From Coprobacillaceae bacterium (lineage in GTDB: Bacteria; Bacillota_I; Bacilli_A; Erysipelotrichales; Coprobacillaceae), in contig OY776328.1 in the NCBI GenBank assembly GCA_963675515.1, forward strand, positions 210,001 to 242,000: a DNA stretch of 32,000 bases. Reading direction: 5' to 3'. The stretch's first letter is position 1; every line of letters starts with the position of its first letter. The notes under the pieces were generated by a model. It searched no databases and was not told where the DNA came from. It saw only the letters and a list, made by a program, of their open reading frames with translations. A program made the position numbers and the translations under genes. Positions 8,679-18,085 of this stretch are shown here, in pieces.

Positions 8679-10094
8679 GTGAATTTGTGTACACTGAAAA
8701 CAACCACACAGTGGCCTTGGAGTTTATTTTACGGTTGTGAATTATTTAAGTTCCGATTCGTCAAACGTGATGTTTTCAGATAACAGTTTATAAATTACTC
8801 TTATTAGTTTTCTAATCGAATGTCCTTGAGCGCAGCGATGTGATTTACCTTGAGAACGTTTTAGGTTATAATAACTATTGAAAGTGGAGTTGTGGGTGCA
8901 TACTGGAAGAATGCATTGGTAAAGTGTCTTTCTCAAATAACGTGAACCACGTTTTGACAAAGCAGATTGTGGGGCGTTGTATTCTCCGGATTGATATATT
9001 CCGGGATCAACACCTGCAAAACCGATAACTTTAGCTGGGGAGCTAAAATTGTCGAGATCCCCAATTTCACTTAATATTGACATTCCTGAGTATGTACCAA
9101 TGCCAGGGATAGTAAAGATAGGAGAATTTAGTGCGATGGCTAGTTCTTCTATTTTTTTATCCACTATTTCCAAGTGCTGCTCTGATAAATCAAGGGATTC
9201 AATAAGCATTTTGATTTCCATGGTAATTATTTCGTTGTTCTCGCCGATAGATTGTTTGGCTGCTTCGCGAATTGCCAAGGCATCAACCTTCACAGTTCTA
9301 CCTTTTCCTTGTTGCCGCAAGACATTTTTAAGATGAGCAAGATTGGCATTGGCTAGATTATATGAGTTCCCAAACTCTCTTAAAATAGCCATGTAAGCCC
9401 GAGAATACTTAGTTTTGAACCAACTGTTTATTTCAGGAATTACGGTATCGATACACTTTTGAAGTCTGTTTTTGAGCTGGTTGATATCTTCAGTAAGTGT
9501 TGCATGATATCGGGTAAGTTCTTTTGCTTGTTTCAATGCCAACTTGCGTTTTGTAACCTTGGTGTAGTTCTTGTCGAACAGCACAGAGCAGATCAGGAAA
9601 GTATCTTTTTTATCGTTTTTGGTTTTCCTGATTTTTCCACGACGCTTGGCATCAGTTGTCAAAGGATTGATCATCCCAACTTCGTAGCTGTTTGATACTA
9701 GAAAATTGACGATATTGTCACCGTAGTGACCTGTCGCCTCTAATCCGACGATATGCCTTGAGGAATTGAATTTTCTTGTGTTTTTAAGAAATAAGTCAAA
9801 TCCATCATGAGTATTGGTGAAGAAAAAAGGTTCAACCAAGACTTCACCATTTGAGTCAACAACGCAGGCACAGTGTTTGAATTTACCTACGTCAATACCG
9901 ATGTAATACATGATAACACGTCCTTTCGTAATAGGTGAGATGTGATATATCCACATACAAGGTATCAAAGATCCTGGTGCAAAATACAAGTTCAAAGACT
10001 TATCTAACTAATTCCAATTCAGATACGAAGATGTGGCAATAACCTCCGGGAGGTAGTCAAGCTACAGGTACTATATGTTAAAGTACACATTCAC
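8679..10094 (-). mobile_element. IS110-family insertion sequence (~1.4 kb; boundaries inferred)
   Basis: It contains a DEDD/IS110-type transposase. There is an inverted terminal match: GTGAATTTGTGTAC (8679-8692) against the reverse complement of GTACACATTCAC (10083-10094), i.e. GTGAAT(TT)GTGTAC. It sits in the intergenic gap between the sanA terminator and the lipoprotein promoter. The non-coding ends are asymmetric: 183 nt 5' of the transposase and 63 nt 3' of it. Confidence 0.5.
8742..9911 (-). CDS. IS110-family transposase (DEDD recombinase)
   Basis: The N-terminus MYYIGIDVGKFKH...GLEATGHY is the DEDD_Tnp_IS110 signature. The C-terminal IPGIGTYSGMSILSEIGDLDNF...SKRGSRYLRKTLYQ is the Transposase_20 signature. 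Start taken at the ATG at 9911 with an AAAGGA RBS; the ORF-track extension to 9995 adds non-homologous residues. Confidence 0.9.
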   Translation of the reverse strand: MYYIGIDVGKFKHCACVVDSNGEVLVEPFFFTNTHDGFDLFLKNTRKFNSSRHIVGLEATGHYGDNIVNFLVSNSYEVGMINPLTTDAKRRGKIRKTKNDKKDTFLICSVLFDKNYTKVTKRKLALKQAKELTRYHATLTEDINQLKNRLQKCIDTVIPEINSWFKTKYSRAYMAILREFGNSYNLANANLAHLKNVLRQQGKGRTVKVDALAIREAAKQSIGENNEIITMEIKMLIESLDLSEQHLEIVDKKIEELAIALNSPIFTIPGIGTYSGMSILSEIGDLDNFSSPAKVIGFAGVDPGIYQSGEYNAPQSALSKRGSRYLRKTLYQCILPVCTHNSTFNSYYNLKRSQGKSHRCAQGHSIRKLIRVIYKLLSENITFDESELK

Positions 10095-10184
10095 AATTCA
10101 ATTCTATAACAAAAATAAAAGAAAGGAAAATGTATATCATAAATTGACTACTAGATAAGTCATTTATAATATACCAGGAATAAT

Positions 10185-11720
10185 ATGAAAAAGATAATAG
10201 TACTATTTACTGCAATCTTGCTTGCAGGATGTTCAACAACCAGTGAAAGTGACGAACAGGCTACAACGAACACCCAAAGTGAAGATGCGACCACAACCAG
10301 CTCTTATGAATTTACCGATAGAGACCTGGATTGGAGTTACGACAACGCCGCTGCTACAAGCATAAAGCTTAGCGATGGCGGGACAGTGATTGAAGGGGAT
10401 GGCGCCAACGTTGAGGGCGATGTGGTGACAATCACAAGTGAAGGGATTTATGTCATCAGCGGCAATCTCAGTGACGGTCAGATCATAGTTGACAGTGATG
10501 ACCAAAGCAAAATACAAATAGTATTGAATAGTGTGTCAATAACTTCAAGCGACTCAGCTCCGATCTATGTCAAGCAGGCTGACAAAGTATTCTTGACTTT
10601 GGAAGGTTCAAACATATTGGAAACTTCGGGTGAGTATGTTTTGGACGGTGATGTCAATGTCGATGGGGTAATATTCTCCAAAGACGATATGACAATCAAC
10701 GGCGATGGTGAACTTACAATAACGGGATCCGGAAATGGGATCGTATCGAAAGATGATCTTAACATGGTAGGAATAAGTCTCAATATCGATGTGGCAAATC
10801 ATGGATTGGAGGCCAACGACATTATCAAGGTGCATTCGGGAACTTACGTCATAGACAGTGACGATGACTGTATCAACAGCTCTAATGACGAAGATACAAG
10901 CTTGGGTAACCTATATGTTCTAAACGGTGATTTCGATTTGAACAGCGGAGATGACGGTGTCCATGCGTCGGGATCGATAACAATAGATGGAGGCAATATG
11001 GATATTGATGCCGTTGATGATGGAATCCACAGCGACATTTCGCTAACCGTCAACGGGGGAACTATCACGGTCATGGATAGTTACGAGGGACTGGAGTCCG
11101 GGGAGATCACTATAAATGATGGCGTTATTGACGTTACCGCATCAGATGATGGTATCAATGTCAGCGGAGGTAATGATTCGTCAGGATTCGGTGGTGGACA
11201 GGATCAATTCAGCCTCGACCAAGGTGATCTTACGATAAATGACGGGACTATATCGGTCAAAGCAGGTGGTGACGGACTTGACAGTAACGGCAGCATGGCG
11301 ATAAAAGGTGGGCAGATACATGTGTCTGGCCCTACTAACTCCGGAAACGGGGTATTGGACTACAATAATGACGGGACGATAACCGGAGGAAGCATTATAG
11401 CCATCGGCGCATCGGGCATGGACCAGACCTTGTCTTCATCGAGCCAGGGGGTAATCTACTACCGATTCAGCAGCAATTACCAGGCCAACAGCCTGATTGA
11501 AATATATGACAGCAACAACCAATTGCTTGACAGTTACGTCGCTGTGTCGGCATTCAACATGATAGTAGTATCGAATGAAAGTTTGGTTTCTGGCGAAACC
11601 TACACATTAATTGTTGATGGTGACGAGTATACGATTGAGTTGGACGGTTTGGCCTATGGTAGCCCAAGTTCTCAGGGAGGCCAAAGGTCTATGTCGCAAA
11701 ACAATCGGAGATCTTTTTAA
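10185..11720 (+). CDS. Secreted lipoprotein, Cthe_2159-like carbohydrate-binding beta-helix repeat protein
   Basis: Signal peptide with lipobox LLAGC|S. A low-complexity linker is followed by many DDG(I/V)(H/N)(S/A/V) and GDGLDS repeat turns typical of the Cthe_2159 (PF14262) family as I recall it. Confidence 0.7.
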   Translation: MKKIIVLFTAILLAGCSTTSESDEQATTNTQSEDATTTSSYEFTDRDLDWSYDNAAATSIKLSDGGTVIEGDGANVEGDVVTITSEGIYVISGNLSDGQIIVDSDDQSKIQIVLNSVSITSSDSAPIYVKQADKVFLTLEGSNILETSGEYVLDGDVNVDGVIFSKDDMTINGDGELTITGSGNGIVSKDDLNMVGISLNIDVANHGLEANDIIKVHSGTYVIDSDDDCINSSNDEDTSLGNLYVLNGDFDLNSGDDGVHASGSITIDGGNMDIDAVDDGIHSDISLTVNGGTITVMDSYEGLESGEITINDGVIDVTASDDGINVSGGNDSSGFGGGQDQFSLDQGDLTINDGTISVKAGGDGLDSNGSMAIKGGQIHVSGPTNSGNGVLDYNNDGTITGGSIIAIGASGMDQTLSSSSQGVIYYRFSSNYQANSLIEIYDSNNQLLDSYVAVSAFNMIVVSNESLVSGETYTLIVDGDEYTIELDGLAYGSPSSQGGQRSMSQNNRRSF

Positions 11721-11855
11721 ATTATTCATTTGAAATGAAGGTTTCAGAAGTTCCTCTACTATAGTTTCAAGCTATTGCCGACTAGATATTATAAGTATTA
11801 ACAATATTTAGAAATCTGCTGTAGAATGTAATTATCAATAGAGGAGGAAAGAAAT

Positions 11856-13118
11856 ATGAGTCAGTATGAATTTGAAACGAAATTATTGCATGCGGGTTAT
11901 TATCAAGTTGAGAGTGCGTTCAAATCACGCTCAGTTCCCATATATCAAACAACATCTTTTGTGTTCGATGATTGCGCTCAGGCACAGGACAGGTTCAACC
12001 TTGCTCAAGCAGGGAACATTTATACCCGGTTGACAAATCCGACAGTCGACGTATTCGAACAACGCGTAGCTCAACTTGAAGGTGGGGTCGGTGCAGTTGC
12101 CACCGCATCTGGAATGAGCGCTGTTTACTATTCAATCAAAAACCTTGTCAGTGCAAACGACCATATAATTTCCGCCAGCAATATCTATGGGGGTAGTTAT
12201 AACCTGATCAAATATACATTTGCCCAGGAAGGGGTAAGCTCCACTTTTGTCGATATCGATGACCATGAAGGGTTCCAGGCGGCAATAAAGCCAAATACCA
12301 AATGCATCTTCATCGAAACGTTGTCAAATCCCAACAGCAAGATCGGAGACATAGAGGCAATCGCAAAAATAGCCAACCTAAACAGGATTCCGTTGATTGT
12401 GGATAATACCTTTGCATCACCATACCTGTTGAGACCGTTCGAATACGGTGCGAATATAGTTGTCCATTCGGCAACCAAGTTGATTGGCGGAAGTGGGAAC
12501 AGTGTTGGCGGAATCATTGTCGACGGTGGAAATTTCGAATATGATATTGAAAAATTCCCGCACATCGCAGGTGAGCAGGAGAGCTATCACAACATCAAAT
12601 TTGAAAACAAGGTAGCCTACATTTCAAGGATCAGGACGGTGCTTTTACGAGATATTGGAGCATGCATTTCACCGTTTAACGCATGGCTGTTCTTGCAGGG
12701 TATTGAAACTCTATCATTGAGAATTGACCGGCATAGAGACAATGCCTTGAAAGTTGTGGAATTCCTGAAGAACCACCCGGCAATCGTGAAAGTGAATCAT
12801 CCTAGTTTGGACAATCCGGAGGTGTATGAAAAATACTATCCTGATGGAGCCGGATTTGTCTTCACCTTCGAAATAAATGGTGACGAAGCGCAGACAAAAA
12901 AATTCATAGACAGTCTGGAACTGTTCTCATTGTTGGCCAACATCGGTGACAGCCGATCCCTGGTCATCCATCCGGCCAGCACAACCCATAGCCAACTCTC
13001 ACATGAAGAACTTGAGCTCCATAACATCAAAGCAAATACCGTAAGGGTATCGATTGGTTTGGAAAATATCAGAGATATACTTAAGGATTTGGGCAAAGCG
13101 TTGAGCGCCATTCAATAA
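11856..13118 (+). CDS. metY: O-acetylhomoserine aminocarboxypropyltransferase / sulfhydrylase (PLP-dependent, Cys/Met metabolism family)
   Basis: GAGGAGG RBS. Family motifs present: TKLLHAG, PIYQTTSF, NPT..V.E.R.A.LEGG, the PLP-lysine motif HSATKLIGG, and the C-terminal VRVSIGLE. Confidence 0.9.
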   Translation: MSQYEFETKLLHAGYYQVESAFKSRSVPIYQTTSFVFDDCAQAQDRFNLAQAGNIYTRLTNPTVDVFEQRVAQLEGGVGAVATASGMSAVYYSIKNLVSANDHIISASNIYGGSYNLIKYTFAQEGVSSTFVDIDDHEGFQAAIKPNTKCIFIETLSNPNSKIGDIEAIAKIANLNRIPLIVDNTFASPYLLRPFEYGANIVVHSATKLIGGSGNSVGGIIVDGGNFEYDIEKFPHIAGEQESYHNIKFENKVAYISRIRTVLLRDIGACISPFNAWLFLQGIETLSLRIDRHRDNALKVVEFLKNHPAIVKVNHPSLDNPEVYEKYYPDGAGFVFTFEINGDEAQTKKFIDSLELFSLLANIGDSRSLVIHPASTTHSQLSHEELELHNIKANTVRVSIGLENIRDILKDLGKALSAIQ

Positions 13119-13119
13119 G

Positions 13120-13146
13120 ACACTCATTATTTGAGTGTTTTTTTTG
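13120..13146 (+). terminator. Rho-independent terminator after metY
   Basis: ACACTCA-TTATT-TGAGTGT hairpin followed by T8. Confidence 0.8.
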
Positions 13147-13204
13147 TTTCTATAGAAATGCAATTAAAATTGTGTATAATGTAAAACGTGTGGAGGTGGC
13201 GAAG

Positions 13205-13756
13205 GTGTTGTTAATAAGGTTATTTACATCATTGTTTTATATATCCGCTTTTACTTTTGGGGGCGGTTATGTGATTGTTCCATTGATGCAAAAGAAATTT
13301 GTCGACGAATTGAAATTGATCGATGAAAACGAAATGATGGATATGATTGCAATCGCCCAAAGTGCGCCCGGACCGGTAGCGGTCAACGCATCGATACTGG
13401 TCGGTTACAGAATTGCCAATGTAATTGGAAGTGTTGTTGCCGTGATTGCAACAGTATTGCCCCCGCTGCTGATCATTTCTGTAGTGTCTTTATTCTACGA
13501 ACAATTCAGAAGCAATCTGGTCGTCAATTTGTATTTGCAAGGCATGAAGGCGGCAGTATGTGCTGTCATTCTAGACGTGGTGATCAGACTTTCATCAAAC
13601 ATCCTGGATCAAAGGGATGTCCTCAATGCCGCGATGATAGTTGTTTGCCTGGTTGGAGCCATAGTGATAAATCTCAGTGTTGTCACAATCATCCTGTCAT
13701 GCATCGCTATAGGCATATTCCGTTCTTTCGCTGACGGGAAAAGGAGGAGCAAGTGA
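13205..13756 (+). CDS. chrA: Chromate transporter (CHR family, short-chain half 1)
   Basis: FTFGGGYVIVPLM and AQSAPGP motifs with multiple TM helices. Start set at GTG 13205, 8 nt after GGAGGTGG. The ORF-track GTG at 13172 overlaps a TATAAT box (13175-13180), so it is less likely. Confidence 0.8.
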   Translation: MLLIRLFTSLFYISAFTFGGGYVIVPLMQKKFVDELKLIDENEMMDMIAIAQSAPGPVAVNASILVGYRIANVIGSVVAVIATVLPPLLIISVVSLFYEQFRSNLVVNLYLQGMKAAVCAVILDVVIRLSSNILDQRDVLNAAMIVVCLVGAIVINLSVVTIILSCIAIGIFRSFADGKRRSK

Positions 13757-14313
13757 TGTATATTAAACTGTTTCTTGCCTTTTTCAAAGTAGGTCTCTTT
13801 TCGTTTGGCGGCGGTCTGGCATCTCTTCATCTGATTCAAGTTGAGATTGTCGACAAGTACAAGTGGCTCGACCTGGCCGTTTTTACGGACCTGATATCGA
13901 TTGCCCAGATGACCCCAGGGCCCATTGCGATAAACGCCGCCACCTTTGTCGGATTGAAGACCGGTGGTATCACAGGAGCGCTGGTTGCGACTTTCGCATG
14001 CATTTTGCCTTCCGTAATCATCGTCTTCTTTCTTTTAATGATGTACAACCGGTACAGGGAACTAGACGTAGTCCAGTCAATCCTCAAGTCACTTCGCCCG
14101 GCGATTGTGGCATTGATTGCGGTAGCGGGTATAAAAATTGCTCAGCTGGTAATTTTCGTGGATGGCATTCCCGGCCTGAACAACTTGGATATGGTCGGAA
14201 TCGGAACCTTCATAGCAAGTTTTGTCGCATTGCTCAAATACAAGATGGCTCCGGTCAAGGTAATGCTTATATTTGGAGCTGTTGGGGCCGTGGGCTATTA
14301 TATGTTGACTTAG
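13753..14313 (+). CDS. chrA: Chromate transporter (CHR family, short-chain half 2)
   Basis: FSFGGGLA and AQMTPGP motifs. It overlaps the stop of the upstream half (GTGATG; an ATG at 13756 is an alternative start) and has an AAGGAGG RBS. Confidence 0.85.
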   Translation: MMYIKLFLAFFKVGLFSFGGGLASLHLIQVEIVDKYKWLDLAVFTDLISIAQMTPGPIAINAATFVGLKTGGITGALVATFACILPSVIIVFFLLMMYNRYRELDVVQSILKSLRPAIVALIAVAGIKIAQLVIFVDGIPGLNNLDMVGIGTFIASFVALLKYKMAPVKVMLIFGAVGAVGYYMLT

Positions 14314-14389
14314 TGCGGATAATTGTTGAAAGATTCATAGGTTTTGGCTGCAATTAAATATACAAACAAAGGTAAAATATACCGGACTA

Positions 14390-14398
14390 TGCTATAAT
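14390..14398 (+). promoter_or_regulatory. Extended -10 promoter element upstream of rnmV
   Basis: TGcTATAAT, 50 nt upstream of the rnmV ATG. Confidence 0.5.
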
Positions 14399-14447
14399 AA
14401 TAGCGATAATATTCAAGTAGATGATATATAAAATATTGGGTGGTTTA

Positions 14448-14975
14448 ATGAGAAAAATAGAAGAAGTAATTGTCGTCGAGGGAAAGACGGATACAGCGAT
14501 ATTAAAGCGGCTGCTTGATGTTGATACGATTGAGACAAACGGGTTGAACATGACTGAAGAAACGTTGCAACTAATCGTCAAGACAAATGAGACAAGAGGG
14601 GTAATTGTGCTGACGGATCCGGATTATCCGGGAATGAAGATAAGGGATCGAATCCAGCAAGCAACAAATTGCAAGCATGCTTTCGTACCCAAGAGTGATG
14701 CAATCGGAGCATATCGCGGGAAAACGAAAGTCGGAATTGCCCAAACCCGAAAAGAAGCCATTTTGAACGCCTTGGAGAATATTGTCACGTTCAAGGAAAA
14801 TCAAGAAAGCATTTCCTGGCACGAGTTTCTTGCTTTGGATATAGTCGGAAACAAGCAACGACGCCTGGAAGTTTTCAATCATTTCAATTTGGGATATGGT
14901 AATGTGAAAACACTTTTTAAAAGGCTCAATATGCTTGGGATCACTGCGCAAATGGTTAAGGAGATTTTAGATTGA
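14448..14975 (+). CDS. rnmV: Ribonuclease M5 (Toprim domain)
   Basis: MRKIEEVIVVEGKTDTAILKRL...VLTDPDYPG is the Toprim signature. GGGTGG RBS. It has the conserved position upstream of rsmA. Confidence 0.85.
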   Translation: MRKIEEVIVVEGKTDTAILKRLLDVDTIETNGLNMTEETLQLIVKTNETRGVIVLTDPDYPGMKIRDRIQQATNCKHAFVPKSDAIGAYRGKTKVGIAQTRKEAILNALENIVTFKENQESISWHEFLALDIVGNKQRRLEVFNHFNLGYGNVKTLFKRLNMLGITAQMVKEILD

Positions 14976-15799
14976 TGAAAGATATAGCTACGGTATCCAC
15001 TACTGAGTATATTTTAAACAAATACGGTTTGAAGGCACTTAAAAAATATGGGCAGAATTTCCTGATCGACAGCAATATTGTGATGAAGATTGCACAATCC
15101 CAGCACATAGACCAGGTTACGTGTGTTATTGAAATAGGACCGGGAATAGGGGCGATGACACAGATATTGCAGCGTTTTGCAGGACAGGTTGTTTGCTATG
15201 AAATCGATACAAGATTCAAGCCTGTATATCAGGAGTTTCTTGATTATCCCAATGTGGAAATTATCTTTGGTGATTTTCTAGACGTTGATATAGCAGCTCA
15301 AGTAGCCAAGTTGAAAGAGAGATTCGCGCAGGTGGTTGTTGTAGCCAACATACCATACTATATAACGACAAAAATCATTGAGAAGATAATCCTGAGTGGA
15401 GCCAATGTTGATGCCATGTTGCTTATGGTCCAGAAGGAAGTCGCGTTGAAGTTCAGCGGCGATTATAAAAGCCCGCTGACAGTCCTTATAGACTATATCG
15501 GACGAAGTGAATATCTTTTCACGGTAAGCAAGAATGTATTCAACCCCCGGCCACATGTCGACAGTGCTATCTTGAAAATCACAATTGACAGGGAATATGA
15601 CCGGGAGTTATATGAGTTATTGGAGGTGGCATTTAAACAACGGCGCAAAACCATATACAACAATCTAAAAGAGGAATATGGAGATGCACGGCTATACCTA
15701 AAAAAGGCAGGCATCCAAGAAAACATGCGTTGTGAACAGTTGGTCATCGACGATTATTTAAATCTTTTGAAAGTAATAGGTGAATACAGTGAAAATTAA
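14975..15799 (+). CDS. rsmA: 16S rRNA (adenine1518/1519-N6)-dimethyltransferase
   Basis: KKYGQNFLID, the SAM motif VIEIGPGIGAMT, and NIPYYITT. The ATG overlaps the rnmV TGA by 1 nt. Confidence 0.95.
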   Translation: MKDIATVSTTEYILNKYGLKALKKYGQNFLIDSNIVMKIAQSQHIDQVTCVIEIGPGIGAMTQILQRFAGQVVCYEIDTRFKPVYQEFLDYPNVEIIFGDFLDVDIAAQVAKLKERFAQVVVVANIPYYITTKIIEKIILSGANVDAMLLMVQKEVALKFSGDYKSPLTVLIDYIGRSEYLFTVSKNVFNPRPHVDSAILKITIDREYDRELYELLEVAFKQRRKTIYNNLKEEYGDARLYLKKAGIQENMRCEQLVIDDYLNLLKVIGEYSEN

Positions 15800-16637
15800 G
15801 GCATATGCAAAAATAAATCTGGCCTTGAAAGTTGTCAATAAGCGTGATGACGGATATCATGATTTGAAGATGATAATGGCGCCAATCACTCTTCACGACC
15901 TTATCTATATCGACAAGACCTCGAAGGGGATCATTATCAAGACAAACAGTTCGATTTTGCCGACAAATAAAAGTAACATAATGTATCAGATAGTAACCAA
16001 GATGCAACAACTATACAATCTTTCTGGAGGGGTTGAAATTTTCATTTACAAGCATATTCCGACTCAAGCCGGTTTGGGTGGCGGATCTGCTGATGGTGCG
16101 GCCATACTCCACGCAATGAACGAACTGTATGGTTTGGGCTTGACCAATGAACAGTTGGCGGCTATCGGAAAAGAAGTTGGTGCCGACATCCCTTTTTGTG
16201 TCTACAACCAGATGGCATATGTCGAGGGAATAGGCGAAAAGCTAAGCTTCATAGAAAATGATTTTCAGGCGCACATCCTGCTTGTCAAACCAAGAAAAGG
16301 AGTAAGCACGAAAAAGGCTTTTGAAAATCTTAGATTCGACCAGATCGGACAGGCTGATCTAGAGGAAATGGTCAGTGCCATCAGGGCAGATGATTATCCG
16401 AAGGTAATTTCCAATATGACAAACTCACTTGAAGATAATGCCATGAAGGCTGTCAAGGAAATAAAGGATATCAAGGCTAAACTCATCGAATTGGGTTTCG
16501 ATAATGCATTGATGACAGGATCGGGAAGCTGTGTGTTTGGCATAACAAGGAATGAAGAAATTTTAGAGGCAGGCAACCAATATTTCAGCAATAAAAACCT
16601 ATATGTTAGAAAAACGGAGTTATTAGGCAAAAACTAG
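15789..16637 (+). CDS. ispE: 4-diphosphocytidyl-2-C-methyl-D-erythritol kinase
   Basis: KAYAKINLALKV, PTQAGLGGGSADGAA (GHMP kinase motif) and MTGSGSCVFG. GTG 15789 has AGGTGA 6 nt upstream; GTG 15780 is an alternative start. It overlaps the rsmA 3' end. Confidence 0.9.
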   Translation: MKIKAYAKINLALKVVNKRDDGYHDLKMIMAPITLHDLIYIDKTSKGIIIKTNSSILPTNKSNIMYQIVTKMQQLYNLSGGVEIFIYKHIPTQAGLGGGSADGAAILHAMNELYGLGLTNEQLAAIGKEVGADIPFCVYNQMAYVEGIGEKLSFIENDFQAHILLVKPRKGVSTKKAFENLRFDQIGQADLEEMVSAIRADDYPKVISNMTNSLEDNAMKAVKEIKDIKAKLIELGFDNALMTGSGSCVFGITRNEEILEAGNQYFSNKNLYVRKTELLGKN

Positions 16638-16646
16638 AAATTAATA

Positions 16647-16675
16647 TTGAATAATCGATAGATTTTAGATAAAAT
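16647..16675 (+). promoter_or_regulatory. Candidate sigma-A promoter for glmU-prs
   Basis: TTGAAT, 17-nt spacer, TAAAAT. Confidence 0.4.
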
Positions 16676-16698
16676 GGGGATTTGAAAGGCGGAAATGG

Positions 16699-18072
16699 AT
16701 GAAAACTTATGCAATAGTATTAGCGGCAGGCAAAGGAACCCGGATGAAGTCGAATCGGCCAAAGGTTGTACATGAGGTTTTGTATAAACCGATGATTGTC
16801 CACATAGTCGAACAATTGAAGCGACTTGAAATTGATGAGATCTTCGTTGTGGTTGGCTATCAGGCTGAGCAGGTTAAGGCTGTTATTGATGGAGTGACTT
16901 TTGTATATCAAAATGAACAGCTAGGAACAGGTCACGCGATAATGCAGGCCAAGGAACTTTTGGCTGATAAAGAGGGAACAACATTGATCCTCAATGGGGA
17001 TGCCCCCTTGATCAGACATGAAACTTTAAACGAGTTGAGAAAATTTCATAACGATAATGGATTCAAAGGAACCATCATGACTTGTGATTGTGATCTGGAG
17101 ACCAAGTTTGGACGTATCATCAAGGATGGCAATCAAGTTACAGGAATTGTCGAATACCGTGATGCAAACGAAGCCCAAAGAAACATCGCCGAGATGAATG
17201 TCGGTGAATATTGTTTTGACAATATCGAATTATTCGAAGCATTGGAAAAAATTGATTCTGACAATGATCAAAATGAATATTATTTGACCGATGTAGTCAA
17301 GATTATGAATGATGCCCAAATCAAAGTCGGATCTTACAAGATTCCTGATTTGATGGAAGTTGGCGGAATAAATAATCTATATGAACTTTCAGAGGCTACA
17401 AAGGCTATGCAAAGAAGAATAAACAAGGAACTGTTGCTCGAGGGGGTTCAAATAATCGATCCGGAAACCACCTACATAAGCAACGATGTCCGTATTGGTG
17501 CACATACCCTGATCGAACCGGGATGCATAATCAAAGGAAAAACTACAATTGGCAACAACTGCCACATCGGTCCTAATTGCGAGATTGTGAACACGACAAT
17601 CGGGGATGATGTTGAAATAAAATTCTCAGTAATCCATGATTCGGTCGTTGAAAGCAATGTCGATATGGGACCATATGTCCGCCTGAGAAACAATTGTCAT
17701 ATCCTTGAAGGGGTTCACATGGGGAACTTTGTGGAAATGAAAAACGCCACTTTTGGAGTTGGATCAAAAGCGGCCCATCTTTCATACATCGGGGATGCCA
17801 TCGTTGGCAAAAATGTCAACATCGGATGTGGCACAATCACTGTAAATTACGATGGAAAGAACAAATCCAAGACAGTTATCGAAGATAATGCTTTTATCGG
17901 ATGCAACGCCAACCTGGTGGCCCCACTGGTTATTGGAAATGGAGCGTTTGTAGCCGCTGGTTCGACTGTAACCAGAGATGTCGGTCCTGATGATTTCGCA
18001 ATTGCACGAAGCAAAGAAGTCATAAAGACCGGTTATGCAAAAATATTAGAAGAAAAAAGAAACAAAAAATAG
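16699..18072 (+). CDS. glmU: Bifunctional UDP-N-acetylglucosamine pyrophosphorylase / glucosamine-1-phosphate N-acetyltransferase
   Basis: N-terminal AIVLAAGKGTRMKS, followed by C-terminal left-handed beta-helix hexapeptide repeats. Confidence 0.95.
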   Translation: MKTYAIVLAAGKGTRMKSNRPKVVHEVLYKPMIVHIVEQLKRLEIDEIFVVVGYQAEQVKAVIDGVTFVYQNEQLGTGHAIMQAKELLADKEGTTLILNGDAPLIRHETLNELRKFHNDNGFKGTIMTCDCDLETKFGRIIKDGNQVTGIVEYRDANEAQRNIAEMNVGEYCFDNIELFEALEKIDSDNDQNEYYLTDVVKIMNDAQIKVGSYKIPDLMEVGGINNLYELSEATKAMQRRINKELLLEGVQIIDPETTYISNDVRIGAHTLIEPGCIIKGKTTIGNNCHIGPNCEIVNTTIGDDVEIKFSVIHDSVVESNVDMGPYVRLRNNCHILEGVHMGNFVEMKNATFGVGSKAAHLSYIGDAIVGKNVNIGCGTITVNYDGKNKSKTVIEDNAFIGCNANLVAPLVIGNGAFVAAGSTVTRDVGPDDFAIARSKEVIKTGYAKILEEKRNKK

Positions 18073-18085
18073 TTAGGAGCCCAAG

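Noticed and set aside
9947-9955. DnaA-box-like ATATCCACA (8/9 to TTATCCACA); also TGCGGATAA at about 14314-14322
   Set aside because: These are isolated single near-matches, one of them inside the IS110 left end. There is no cluster and no AT-rich unwinding element, so this is not evidence for oriC in the window.
11721-11855. Looked for a SAM riboswitch or T-box leader upstream of metY
   Set aside because: The leader is only about 135 nt and AT-rich. It has no conserved riboswitch core strings and no terminator/antiterminator pair.
13863-14357. 164-aa ORF in an alternative + frame over chrA half 2
   Set aside because: It overlaps a CDS with clear CHR-family motifs. Its translation is Arg/Gly/Cys-rich, an off-frame artefact.
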